DNA of 64,000 bases from Spirochaetia bacterium (GCA_034520965.1 JAXHMY010000003.1:288001-352000), one strand, 5' to 3'. Shown: positions 54,112 to 63,836, numbered from the stretch's first letter. Notes: a model not told the origin generated them from the sequence alone. A program made the numbers and translations.

Positions 54112-54732
54112 CTATTTCATCGGTACAAATCGAACAGCTCCATGCTCACTCTGTTCATATCCCGTTGAGGTGCGGAGTATTCGAACCAAGTATTGTTCCA
54201 TTGTTCCAACCGGCCCTACCATTCGACCTCCAATCTTCAGCTGCTCTAAGAGTTCAGAGGGAATTTTCCCCGGAGCTGCCGACAGCAGGATTACATCATA
54301 GGGGGCTGCTTCCGGATACCCCTCGTAGCCGTTACCCTGGATACAATGGACGGAAGAATACCCATTTTCTTCAAGATATTTCTGCGCCCTTTCATACAGT
54401 GTGCCAATACGCTCAATAGTATACACCTCTTCGGCTAAGAGAGAAAGAATTGCCGCCGCATAGCCGGAACCGGTTCCTATTTCAAGGACCCTTTCGGTAC
54501 CCTGGAATTCGGCAAGCTCACACATTTTAGCTACAATATACGGCTGGCTGATGGTCTGTCCGGAACCAATCGACAGGGGCGCATCTGTGTAGGCCGTAGC
54601 AGGATCAATTCCAGGCACAAACCGGTGTCGCGGGACCTGTTTAAAAGCCCGCAGGAGTCGCGCTTCACTGATACAGCGGGAAGCAATTTGCTCTTCCACC
54701 ATTCTATGCCGGTACTGCTCTGAGAAATCCAT
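54112..54732 (-). CDS. pcm: Protein-L-isoaspartate O-methyltransferase
   Basis: VPRHRFV, GQTISQPY, LEIGTGSGY, APYDVI, VRFVPM. Confidence 0.95.
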   Translation of the reverse strand: MDFSEQYRHRMVEEQIASRCISEARLLRAFKQVPRHRFVPGIDPATAYTDAPLSIGSGQTISQPYIVAKMCELAEFQGTERVLEIGTGSGYAAAILSLLAEEVYTIERIGTLYERAQKYLEENGYSSVHCIQGNGYEGYPEAAPYDVILLSAAPGKIPSELLEQLKIGGRMVGPVGTMEQYLVRILRTSTGYEQSEHGAVRFVPMK

Positions 54733-54843
54733 AGGGTTTCCCCTCCTTAACTCTCCTCCGGCGAGTATTTTACTCGCAAAAGAAATGTTGTTTCTATTTA
54801 CCAGTATATTATGTTAACCTGAGGTTAACAAGAAGGGGATATT

Positions 54844-55176
54844 ATGACAAAAGTGCAAGAATTACTAGTAGTGAACCTAAAGCGAGCCCGTTACAACAAC
54901 GGTCTCTCACAGATGAAACTGGCGGAACGAGCCAATCTATCTCTGGGCTTTATTGGCGATATTGAATCAGGTAAAAAATTTCCATCTGCCAATTCGATAC
55001 AAAAGATCGTAGATTCGCTGGAAATACAACCCTATGAGCTGTTTATTGATATCCACGCTTCACTTTTAAACTGTCCCCTCTCAAAGCTGCGCTGTGTGCA
55101 GACCGAATTGGTAGGAAAAATAGACGAAGAAATTTCACAGACCTTGAACAAACATTTCTATACTGCGGATAACTGA
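54844..55176 (+). CDS. XRE-family HTH regulator
   Basis: GLSQMKLAERANLSLGFIGDIESGKKFPS. Confidence 0.88.
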   Translation: MTKVQELLVVNLKRARYNNGLSQMKLAERANLSLGFIGDIESGKKFPSANSIQKIVDSLEIQPYELFIDIHASLLNCPLSKLRCVQTELVGKIDEEISQTLNKHFYTADN

Positions 55177-55216
55177 ACGACTACACCTAAAGCCTAAAAA
55201 CATCTATACTACAGGT

Positions 55217-56167
55217 ATGCAGAGTATACCTATAAATACATATGATTCACCCACTGCCGTACTTGAACTCATCTATAAATTAAAAGTTAAAGATGTAATG
55301 ACTTACGATATTCATACCAGCAAACCTGGTGCCACTATGGGTCAAGTCCGTACTATTCTCAAGAATAATAGCATTACCGGTCTTCCGGTAATAGAGAATA
55401 ATCAAATACTTGGAATTGTCAGTATGGAAGATGTGCTGCAAGCCATCGCTACAGGTGGTAGTGATGCGCCGGTAGAACAATATATGAGTAAAAAACTGAT
55501 TGTCCTCGAAGAGGATATGCCGATCTTCTTTGCCATCTCTTATTTCGGGCGCTACTCATACCGACGCTTTCCGGTAATAAACAAAGCCAATGAATTAGTC
55601 GGCATCGTAACCTCCCGGGATATAACCACCAAGCTCCTGGTTGAAGCTAACCGCGAAATTGAGCGCTTAGAGAAAAAAAGCGGCGCCCCCCAGGAGGTGT
55701 ATACCGGCCAGGTTGAACGCTGGTTCAAAGTACAGCGCTATGATTTTGAGAATGCCGGCTTCGCCTCTACAGAGATCAAAAAAATACTAAAGGGACGAAG
55801 TATCAACAGTCAAACAGCCCGCCGGATAGCAATTAGTGCATACGAACTCGAGATGAATTTGGTTGTCCATTCAAATGGAGGTTCGATCCACTTTTTAATG
55901 GATGATAGCCGTGTCTTAGTACAGGCCGATGATACAGGACCGGGAATCGAAGATGTTGAAGAAGCCCTTACCGAAGGCTACACCACGGCAACTGAATGGA
56001 TTCGTAGTTTAGGGTTTGGAGCAGGAATGGGGCTGCCCAATGTGCAACGGGTTTCCGATGAGTTTTCCCTGACCTCCGAACCGTCCCGCGGAACCCACGC
56101 TAAGTCGATTATTCTACTGCCGCATCCTGAACAAAAACAGACACATCAAACTTCACAGGAGGAGTAA
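55217..56167 (+). CDS. CBS-pair plus RsbT-like Ser/Thr kinase (HATPase) fusion
   Basis: Two CBS repeats; AYELEMNLVVH, DDTGPGIED, GFGAGMGLPN. Confidence 0.85.
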   Translation: MQSIPINTYDSPTAVLELIYKLKVKDVMTYDIHTSKPGATMGQVRTILKNNSITGLPVIENNQILGIVSMEDVLQAIATGGSDAPVEQYMSKKLIVLEEDMPIFFAISYFGRYSYRRFPVINKANELVGIVTSRDITTKLLVEANREIERLEKKSGAPQEVYTGQVERWFKVQRYDFENAGFASTEIKKILKGRSINSQTARRIAISAYELEMNLVVHSNGGSIHFLMDDSRVLVQADDTGPGIEDVEEALTEGYTTATEWIRSLGFGAGMGLPNVQRVSDEFSLTSEPSRGTHAKSIILLPHPEQKQTHQTSQEE

Positions 56168-56170
56168 CAA

Positions 56171-56506
56171 ATGAAGGTACAGGAGATACAAGACTGCATA
56201 GCTGGGGAGGCTAAAGCCCCGGGAGACCCTGCGGCGGAAATACAAAACGCTTATACCTCGGATCTTCTGAGCGATGTTATGGGTAATGCCCCCGCCAACA
56301 GTGTACTAATCACGGTTCAAGGGCATAAAAACACCGTGGCAGTTGCGAATTTGGTCGGCATGCCGGCCATTATTCTCTGTAATGGTCGTGGAGTACCCCA
56401 GGACATGCAGGAAAGTGCGGAGCAAGAGGGCATAGCTTTATACACAACAAAATTTGACCAATTTACCGCATCTTATAAAATTGCCCAAGCCCTGGGAAAA
56501 GTTTAG
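56171..56506 (+). CDS. DRTGG-like domain protein
   Basis: AYTSDLLSDVM, LITVQGHKNTVAVA. Confidence 0.8.
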   Translation: MKVQEIQDCIAGEAKAPGDPAAEIQNAYTSDLLSDVMGNAPANSVLITVQGHKNTVAVANLVGMPAIILCNGRGVPQDMQESAEQEGIALYTTKFDQFTASYKIAQALGKV

Positions 56507-56512
56507 AGCTCC

Positions 56513-57211
56513 ATGCACGTTACCGCCGATCTGCATAACCATTCTTGCCTCAGCCCCTGCGGAAGTTTAGAGATGTCACCTAAGCGGATAGCTGCAGAGG
56601 CGGCAGCCCGGCATATCGAAATGATGGCCATTACCGATCATAATTCATGCCGTAACGCCCCCGCCTTTAAGGAGTGCTGTAACAGGCAGGGTATTGTTCC
56701 TTTGTTCGGTATGGAGGTCACCTCTATTGAGGAGGCCCATGTGGTCTGTATATTTGAAGATACCCCTGAGGCAATGGACTTTGGCGAGTATATAGAATCG
56801 CGACTTCCGGAGGTGAGGGGTAGCTCAAGTATGGGAGGCGACCAGGTATATGTCGATGCCGAAGAGAATATACTGGGCCAGGTGAACAAACTTTTAATTG
56901 CTGCTACGGATATCTCAATTGACCAGATAGTTGCCATGGTCCATGAGCGGGAGGGGATTGTTTTTCCCGCCCATATCGACCGACCTGCCTTCAGTATTGT
57001 GATGCAGTTAGGCTTCCTGCCCGAGCTTCCCTATGATGCAATTGAGTGCATAAACCCCAACTGCGGCATTGATACCCTAGGACTTCCGATCATCACCAAT
57101 TCTGATGCCCATTACCCCGAGGATATCGCAAGCCGCCCAAGCAAATACCAGCTGGACACTCCCTCATTCAATGGCCTGAGGGCGGCCCTGAGCCGACAAC
57201 GTAGCCCGTAA
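56513..57211 (+). CDS. PHP-domain phosphoesterase
   Basis: DLHNHSCLSPC, AITDHN, PAHIDR, NSDAH. Confidence 0.9.
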   Translation: MHVTADLHNHSCLSPCGSLEMSPKRIAAEAAARHIEMMAITDHNSCRNAPAFKECCNRQGIVPLFGMEVTSIEEAHVVCIFEDTPEAMDFGEYIESRLPEVRGSSSMGGDQVYVDAEENILGQVNKLLIAATDISIDQIVAMVHEREGIVFPAHIDRPAFSIVMQLGFLPELPYDAIECINPNCGIDTLGLPIITNSDAHYPEDIASRPSKYQLDTPSFNGLRAALSRQRSP

Positions 57212-57224
57212 TTCAATCAATCAC

Positions 57225-57662
57225 TTATTCGTTAAGCACGTTTTTTAGACGTTCTAATACCTTTTTTCTTTCAAGCGGTTTAATAATATAATTTTTGGCC
57301 CCCAGCATGAACGATTTTTTCACTAAATCCGGGCGTCCGAGAGCACTGATCATCACTACCCTGGCATTGGAATCAAACTCGACAATTTTTTCCAGCGCTG
57401 TTACTCCATCCATTCCGGGCATAGTAATGTCCATAGTAACTAAATCGACCTTCGGAAAAAGAGCTTTATATTTATCTACAGCCTCCCCCCCATCGCCGGC
57501 GGTATCAGCTATAGTATACCCTTCACTGGTGAGTATTTGATTGAGTTGTTTTTTTACAAAAATCGAGTCGTCTACCAGCAATACCCGATACGCAGCCCCA
57601 TCCGGCTTCTGCCCATCGGGAGTGCGATTATTTATTTCAGGATAATCCCCTGTGGTTTTCAA
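57225..57662 (-). CDS. cheY: Spirochaete-type CheY response regulator
   Basis: N-terminal extension YPEINNRTPDGQKPDG, VDDS, MDITMPGMDG, ISA, IIKP. Confidence 0.85.
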   Translation of the reverse strand: MKTTGDYPEINNRTPDGQKPDGAAYRVLLVDDSIFVKKQLNQILTSEGYTIADTAGDGGEAVDKYKALFPKVDLVTMDITMPGMDGVTALEKIVEFDSNARVVMISALGRPDLVKKSFMLGAKNYIIKPLERKKVLERLKNVLNE

Positions 57663-57817
57663 ATTGTCCCCCTTTTTCAGACTACTTCTATTCTTATGGG
57701 TTTTTATTTTAATTTCAACACAGCTCTTTTAAAAACTTAGGTTTGTGAGAAAAACTGAAACTCTCTTGAATATATTTATCGGTTACTCTACCATTACTCC
57801 GTTTGAAGGGGGAGGAC

Positions 57818-59020
57818 ATGAAAAGCTATGCAGAGATAAACGAGAAAATCGCCTCTGGTTCAGCGGTGGTTTTGAATGCGGAGGAGGTAAGTGATTACGT
57901 CGACCGTAAGGGCTTATCAGCAGCTGCCGAAGAAATTGATGTGGTAACAACCGCTACCTTCGGCCCGATGTGTTCCTCCGGCTGTTTTCTTAACTTTGGC
58001 CACAGTATACCCAAAATACGTATTACTGAAGCCTGGATCGATGATGTTCTAACATATTCCGGGTTAGCTGCGGTTGACCTGTTCATGGGTGCCTCCCAGC
58101 TGCGACACAATGACTCGGCCAATATGTATTACCCGGGAGAGTTCCGCTTCGGCGGCGGGCATGTAATTGAGAAACTTGTAGCCCGTAAGGAGCTGCAGCT
58201 GTTTGCTCTCTCGTACGGTACAGATGAATACCCGCGGCGGGAACTGCGCACCATATTCACTATCGACGACTTAAACCAGGCAGTTATGGTAAATCCGAGA
58301 AACTGTTATCAGAATTACAATGTGGCGACCAACACATCGGATAAGCCTATTTATACATATATGGGCTTATTAAAACCCCGCATGCAGAACCTGACCTACA
58401 GTTCAGCAGGACAGCTTTCCCCCCTCTTGAACGACCCGTATTACGATACCATCGGCGTGGGATCGGCGGTATGGCTGGCCGGAGCTCGCGGCCATGTGTA
58501 TTCCGAAGGAACCCAGCACACCGGCAGCGTGGAGCGCACTGAAAACGGGGTTCCCGCAGAAGGGGCAGGCACCTTGGCACTTACCGCCGATATGAAGGAG
58601 ATGCGCTCCGAATTTGTACGGGGAGTAAGCCTGAAGGGTTACGGCGTGTCCCTGGCCCTGGGAGTTGGGGTTCCTATCCCAATTCTAAACGAACAAATTC
58701 TGCACTACACCACAGTTCGGGACGATGAAATAAAGGCTGAACTTATTGACTACTCCTACGACTACCCTATGAAAAGCGGTAAAGTCATAGCACATCTTAC
58801 CTACGGGCAAATGAAACGCGATGAGGTTAAAGTAAACGGAAAGAAAATTGAAGTCTCCTCTATGTCGAGTTATTCCAAGGCCCTGCACATTGCCGAACTT
58901 TTGAAAGCCGAAATACAAAGCGGCAACTTCCTCCTCAGCGAACCGATGCAGAAGTTACCACGAAATAACAAATCCAAATCGATGGTGCTGCGTGAGGGTG
59001 AAGGAGGAACCGTGAAATGA
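57818..59020 (+). CDS. DUF39 homocysteine biosynthesis protein (L-aspartate-semialdehyde sulfurtransferase-like), no CBS tail
   Basis: KSYAEINEKI, DVVTTATFGPMCSSG, NPRNCYQNY, YTYMG, SAGQLSPLLNDP, GVGVPIPILNE. Confidence 0.88.
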   Translation: MKSYAEINEKIASGSAVVLNAEEVSDYVDRKGLSAAAEEIDVVTTATFGPMCSSGCFLNFGHSIPKIRITEAWIDDVLTYSGLAAVDLFMGASQLRHNDSANMYYPGEFRFGGGHVIEKLVARKELQLFALSYGTDEYPRRELRTIFTIDDLNQAVMVNPRNCYQNYNVATNTSDKPIYTYMGLLKPRMQNLTYSSAGQLSPLLNDPYYDTIGVGSAVWLAGARGHVYSEGTQHTGSVERTENGVPAEGAGTLALTADMKEMRSEFVRGVSLKGYGVSLALGVGVPIPILNEQILHYTTVRDDEIKAELIDYSYDYPMKSGKVIAHLTYGQMKRDEVKVNGKKIEVSSMSSYSKALHIAELLKAEIQSGNFLLSEPMQKLPRNNKSKSMVLREGEGGTVK

Positions 59021-59427
59021 AAACTCAAAAGTTCTTATTAAGCTTTAACAATCAGCTGGCGGAAAAACCTATTGTCTATCACCTCGTAAAGGAATACGAC
59101 CTGGTTATAAACATTTTTCGAGCCCGCATCACCGCAGACGAGGAAGGCTTTATGGTACTGGAGGTGTCCGGAACAGATGAGCATATCTCACAGGGCATAG
59201 ATTTTATTCGCAACAATGGCGTTACTGTCAATGCCGCGGAAAAAGGCCTTCGCTGGGATCAAGAAGTCTGTACCCACTGCGGAAACTGTCTGCCCCACTG
59301 CCCAGTGGATGCGCTGTACATTGTGAATGGGGCCACCCGTGAAATTGCCTTCGATTCCGACAAATGTGTGGAATGCCTCAATTGCATCCCAAACTGTCCC
59401 TATGGAGCGGTCACTTCGGTCTTTTAG
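59017..59427 (+). CDS. NIL-domain 2[4Fe-4S] ferredoxin (DUF39 partner)
   Basis: KPIVYHLVKEYDLVINIFRA NIL domain; CTHCGNCLPHCP and CVECLNCIPNCP. Confidence 0.9.
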   Translation: MKTQKFLLSFNNQLAEKPIVYHLVKEYDLVINIFRARITADEEGFMVLEVSGTDEHISQGIDFIRNNGVTVNAAEKGLRWDQEVCTHCGNCLPHCPVDALYIVNGATREIAFDSDKCVECLNCIPNCPYGAVTSVF

Positions 59428-59431
59428 AATC

Positions 59432-60178
59432 ATGAGGAATCAGCGAGATTTCCGCAGTTTTCAATTCAGAGAAGCGGTGTACAGAGTCCATTCGACTCAT
59501 TTTACGGCGGTTAGCCGTGAAATTCGCAGGCTATGGAACGAACTCGAACAGTTTATCAGTCTTTACCCCCAGTTTTCCCACGCCCTCCAGCCCCTCTCCG
59601 TAATTCCCGGCACCCCCCCGGAAAGCGCCCGGCGGATGATCGAAGCCTCTCAAGCTGCGGATGTAGGGCCGATGGCAGCTGTAGCCGGAACCTTTGCCCA
59701 GTTAGCCGCTCAAGCCGGGCAGGAGTCCGGCGATAGGGAAACAATTATCGAAAATGGGGGCGATGTGTATTTGTATATTCAGCAGCCCCTCAGTTTAGGC
59801 TTATGGATAGGACCTGAATCACCTTTTCGCCAATTGGCTTTTATGATTGAACCGGCAGACAGCCCGCTGGCTGTCTGCTCTTCCTCATCAATCCTTGGAC
59901 ACTCCATGAGTTTTGGTCGGTGCGATTTATTTACCGTATTTTCAAAAGATGCTTCCCTTGCCGATGCGGCCGCTACAGCCTTCTGTAACCGTGTTCATAC
60001 TCACTACGATCTACAATCGGCAGTAGAAACGGCTGTCGGTATCAGCAAAATTGAGGGTGCAGTAGCTATTAAGGGGGAAAAACTGGCGATGGCCGGCAAT
60101 ACGCCGCAGCTGATCCGCCATGCAGATCCGGACCTGCGGCGTAAAATCACCCGCCATGATCGCTCTGAAAAAACTTAA
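59432..60178 (+). CDS. UPF0280 / ApbE-like protein (COG2122)
   Basis: VGPMAAVAG, ENGGD, VCSSS...GHSMSFG, LADAAATA. Confidence 0.9.
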   Translation: MRNQRDFRSFQFREAVYRVHSTHFTAVSREIRRLWNELEQFISLYPQFSHALQPLSVIPGTPPESARRMIEASQAADVGPMAAVAGTFAQLAAQAGQESGDRETIIENGGDVYLYIQQPLSLGLWIGPESPFRQLAFMIEPADSPLAVCSSSSILGHSMSFGRCDLFTVFSKDASLADAAATAFCNRVHTHYDLQSAVETAVGISKIEGAVAIKGEKLAMAGNTPQLIRHADPDLRRKITRHDRSEKT

Positions 60179-60186
60179 TTGTAGCT

Positions 60187-60891
60187 TTAATTCCGGCTGC
60201 CGAAAATCCTCAGCAGAAACAGAAAAATATTGATAAAATCAAGGTACAGCTTCAAAGCTCCCATAATTGAAAGTTTGACGTACTGTTCTTCACTTACAGT
60301 GGAACCAAACTGCTGGTTCCACTTTTTGATCATCTGGGTATCGTAGGCGGTAAGACCGAGAAAAATAAACACCCCCAGATAGCTTATCAGATAATATAAT
60401 CCGGAACTTTGTAGAAATATATTAATGACGCTGGCGATGATGATACCGAAAAGGCCCATAATCAGGTAATGCCCGAAGCCGGACAGATCACGCTTGGTGG
60501 TCATCGCATACAGGCTCATGGCGGCAAATGTACCGGCGGCGGTAAAAAACGCCAAAGAAATCTCGGCCCCGGTGTAGGCCAGGAAAATCACCGACAAGGT
60601 AATACCGTTCAGCACCGAATAGGCGGTAAACGACAGCGTTGCCGTGGATGCCGACATTTTCATGATTCGGGCACTCAGATAAAAAACCAAACCAAGCTCG
60701 CCCAGGATTAGACCGAAAAAGAGGATCGGGTTTCCGGCTAAAGCTCTGACCATCGTCTCATTCCCGGCTACTCCCACTGCAATGACACCGGTTAGCGCCA
60801 AACCACCGGTCATCCATAGATAGACGTTCCGTAATATATTTCGCTCCCGTGCACGGGGGATACTTAAAAACTCCGCTCTGCTTTGTGCCAT
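60187..60891 (-). CDS. Bax inhibitor-1/YccA family membrane protein
   Basis: VYLWMTGGL, TKRDLS, LTAYDTQ, GALKLYLDFINIFL. Confidence 0.93.
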   Translation of the reverse strand: MAQSRAEFLSIPRARERNILRNVYLWMTGGLALTGVIAVGVAGNETMVRALAGNPILFFGLILGELGLVFYLSARIMKMSASTATLSFTAYSVLNGITLSVIFLAYTGAEISLAFFTAAGTFAAMSLYAMTTKRDLSGFGHYLIMGLFGIIIASVINIFLQSSGLYYLISYLGVFIFLGLTAYDTQMIKKWNQQFGSTVSEEQYVKLSIMGALKLYLDFINIFLFLLRIFGSRN

Positions 60892-61005
60892 TGAACTCTC
60901 CTTAAAGTGTCTATAGTTTCATAAAAAATCGCACTTAAGTACCAAAAGGTCAAGCATGTAAGCATTTCATAAACGGCGGATTCTCCTGTATACTACAACA
61001 ATAGT

Positions 61006-63222
61006 ATGAGTGACGATCTGTTTTCTTCACATACCGACCAGCGTAATCAACCTCTTGCCTATCGAATGAGCCCGCGTTCGCTGGACGAATACATAGGGCA
61101 AGATCATATAGTCGGCCCCGGCCGGCTTCTGCGGCGTGTCATTCAGGCCGACCGCCTCTCCTCCCTTATTTTCTACGGACCTCCCGGTACCGGTAAAACC
61201 GCCCTAGCAAAAGTTATCGCGCGCACCTCCAAAAGCGCCTTCACCGCCTTAAATGCCGTGCTTACCGGAGTAAAAGATCTGCGGGAGGCCATTCAAACCG
61301 CCCGTGAAAAACGTGATCTCTACGGAAAGCGGACCATACTGTTTATTGACGAGGTACACCGCTGGAATAAAGCCCAACAGGATGCCCTGCTGCCGTGGGT
61401 CGAAAACGGTACGGTAGTGCTCATCGGAGCCACTACCCAAAACCCCTACTTTGAAGTGAATTCGGCACTGGTAAGCCGCAGCCGCATTTTCCAGCTCAAG
61501 CCCCTCAAGACAGAAAACCTCTTAAAGATAGCGCAACAGGCAGTGCAGGACCATGAACGGGGGTATGGCAACTATAAAATAGAGTTCGAAGCGGGAGCTC
61601 TGGAGCATTTGCTGCAGATAGCCGATGGCGATGCCCGCAGTCTGCTGAATGCCCTGGAACTGGCTATCGAGACCACCCCCGACAGCTTTCCGCCCCCCGC
61701 CGGCGAGTATATCTACATCAGCATGGACGCCGCCGAACAGAGTATTCAAAAAAAAGCGGTTCTGTACGATAAAGAAGGGGATTATCATTTTGATATCATC
61801 AGCGCCTTCATCAAATCCTTGCGCGGCAGCGACCCGGATGCCGCCCTCTACTGGCTGTCCAGGATGGTCCATGCGGGAGAGGACCCTCACTTTATCTTCC
61901 GGCGCATGCTCATCTCCGCCTCCGAGGATGTCGGAATGGCCGATCCCTACGCCCTGGGAGTAGTTGAAGCGGCAGCCGCAAGCTTTGACCGTGTGGGTAT
62001 GCCCGAAGGGCGTTACCATCTGGCCCATGCCGCCCTGTATCTGGCAACTGCTCCTAAAAGCAACTCCGCCCTCGGCTTTTTCGACGCCCTCTCCGAGGTA
62101 ACACGTGAAGGCAGCCAGGATGTCCCCAACCACCTAAAAGATGCCAACCGCGATGCGAAGAGTTTCGGTCACGGCGAAGGGTATTTATACCCCCACGCCT
62201 ACCGCGATCACTGGGTTGCCCAGCAGTATCTGCCGACCAGTCTGCAGGGAAAGATATTTTACCGTCCCTCAGACCAGGGCTATGAACAGAGCATTCAGCT
62301 GCAGGTGGCCCGTCAGCGTGAGGCGCAGCTGTCCGCTTCTCTTACCCAGGAACACACGGAGGTGCTCAGCTACTCCCCTCCCGATCAAGGTCGAGAGCAG
62401 TGGATTAACCGGGTAGTAGCAGACCGCAGTGCTAGCCTGGAGGCGATACGTGCGGCCATTTTCTCGCGCATCAAGCCGGCCCGACACGACCGCATCTGTG
62501 TGGTCGCCGCCGACGACGGGATAATACTGTGGGAGGCCCTGCGCAGCGTTCCCGAAGGGGGAGTAACCGGGCTAGTATCGAGCCCTGCAAAACTTGAGCT
62601 GCTGCAGCACTATGCTGCTCAGCTTGAACAAGTCGAGCAGCCGTTCCTGTATCAGGGCACAGCCGAAGAATGCCTGGAGCCTTCCGAACAGTTCGAGTTT
62701 ATTCTGGGGCGGAACTACACCAGCCGCAGTAAAGACAAAACCTCGCTGCTGCAGCCCCTCTTTCGCTCCCTGAGCCCCGGGGGGACTCTGCTGCTGGCGG
62801 AGGCAGTCCCCCTGCGCGCTCAACGCTTGTCCGAAATTCTTACCCAATCCGACAAAAAAATCGACCCGGAACTGCAGAGGGTCTTGACGGAAATTGAAGA
62901 TCAACTCTACAGCGCCCGCCGGGGAGAACTGCTGGCCTGGGATATCCCCGAGCTGGAATCCGGTGCAGAGGAGGCAGGGTTTACCAATATCACCACCGAG
63001 GCCGAGGAAATACAAGAGCAGCGCTATATCCGCAAGGCGGATATCCAGCGCTGGCTGGCGGATAGCACATCCCCCGAGACCCTGGCTGCATATCTGCAGC
63101 AAAACTATTCTGCCGATACCGCAGAACGTCTCATAGCAGCCCTCCAACAGGAACTAGGCGAGCTCACGGTAGATTGGCGCTCGACTGTCTGCTTTCTGCA
63201 GGCACAGCGCGGTTCTATCTAA
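61006..63222 (+). CDS. rarA: RarA/MgsA AAA+ ATPase with a C-terminal methyltransferase-like extension
   Basis: PLAYRMSP, GPPGTGKT, IDEVHRWNKAQQDALLP, SAFIKSLRGSDPDAA, VPNHL, YLYPH. Confidence 0.9.
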   Translation: MSDDLFSSHTDQRNQPLAYRMSPRSLDEYIGQDHIVGPGRLLRRVIQADRLSSLIFYGPPGTGKTALAKVIARTSKSAFTALNAVLTGVKDLREAIQTAREKRDLYGKRTILFIDEVHRWNKAQQDALLPWVENGTVVLIGATTQNPYFEVNSALVSRSRIFQLKPLKTENLLKIAQQAVQDHERGYGNYKIEFEAGALEHLLQIADGDARSLLNALELAIETTPDSFPPPAGEYIYISMDAAEQSIQKKAVLYDKEGDYHFDIISAFIKSLRGSDPDAALYWLSRMVHAGEDPHFIFRRMLISASEDVGMADPYALGVVEAAAASFDRVGMPEGRYHLAHAALYLATAPKSNSALGFFDALSEVTREGSQDVPNHLKDANRDAKSFGHGEGYLYPHAYRDHWVAQQYLPTSLQGKIFYRPSDQGYEQSIQLQVARQREAQLSASLTQEHTEVLSYSPPDQGREQWINRVVADRSASLEAIRAAIFSRIKPARHDRICVVAADDGIILWEALRSVPEGGVTGLVSSPAKLELLQHYAAQLEQVEQPFLYQGTAEECLEPSEQFEFILGRNYTSRSKDKTSLLQPLFRSLSPGGTLLLAEAVPLRAQRLSEILTQSDKKIDPELQRVLTEIEDQLYSARRGELLAWDIPELESGAEEAGFTNITTEAEEIQEQRYIRKADIQRWLADSTSPETLAAYLQQNYSADTAERLIAALQQELGELTVDWRSTVCFLQAQRGSI

Positions 63223-63257
63223 ATTCATACTGTTTTCGAAAAATTGGAATCCCCGGC

Positions 63258-63286
63258 TTGACAAAAGACTAAAAATTATACACATT
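63258..63286 (+). promoter_or_regulatory. Probable promoter of the tRNA cluster
   Basis: TTGACA at 63258, weak -10 (CACATT) at 17-bp spacing. Confidence 0.5.
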
Positions 63287-63302
63287 ACTTGCACATAAAT
63301 GT

Positions 63303-63375
63303 GGTGGATATAGTTCAAAGGTAGAGCACCAGATTGTGGTTCTGGTTGTTGCGGGTTCAAGTCCCGTCATCCACC
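63303..63375 (+). tRNA. tRNA-His(GTG)
   Basis: G-1, anticodon arm CCAGA-TTGTGGT-TCTGG, C73. Confidence 0.93.
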
Positions 63376-63404
63376 CTTAAGCGTCCATGGGCGCTGACGT
63401 ATAT

Positions 63405-63478
<74 letters not shown>

Positions 63479-63496
63479 TTATATTTTTTTACTTTT

Positions 63497-63569
63497 GGGC
63501 CGTTAGCTCAGCTGGGAGAGCAGCAGACTCTTAATCTGCGGGTCGAAGGTTCGATCCCTTCACGGCTCA
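63497..63569 (+). tRNA. tRNA-Lys(CTT)
   Basis: GCAGA-CTCTTAA-TCTGC anticodon arm. Confidence 0.93.
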
Positions 63570-63637
63570 ACATGGTCTACCGAAGTATCGATTGTCGTGA
63601 AGGTTGACGCTTCGACAATTATTTGTGTATAATCACT

Positions 63638-63720
63638 GCGAGAGTGGTGAAATTGGCAGACACGCTAGATTTAGGATCTAGTGCCGTTGCGGCGTAAGGG
63701 TTCAAGTCCCTTCTCTCGCA
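63638..63720 (+). tRNA. tRNA-Leu(TAG)
   Basis: CTAGA-TTTAGGA-TCTAG anticodon arm, long variable arm. Confidence 0.93.
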
Positions 63721-63761
63721 AAGGATTGCGACATTATGTACCAATCCACCACAGAGACTAT

Positions 63762-63833
63762 GCGAGAGTAGCTCAGTGGTAGAGCTCCACCTTGCCAAGG
63801 TGGATGTCGCGGGTTCAAATCCCGTCTCTCGCT
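63762..63833 (+). tRNA. tRNA-Gly(GCC)
   Basis: CCACC-TTGCCAA-GGTGG anticodon arm. Confidence 0.93.
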
Positions 63834-63836
63834 CTC

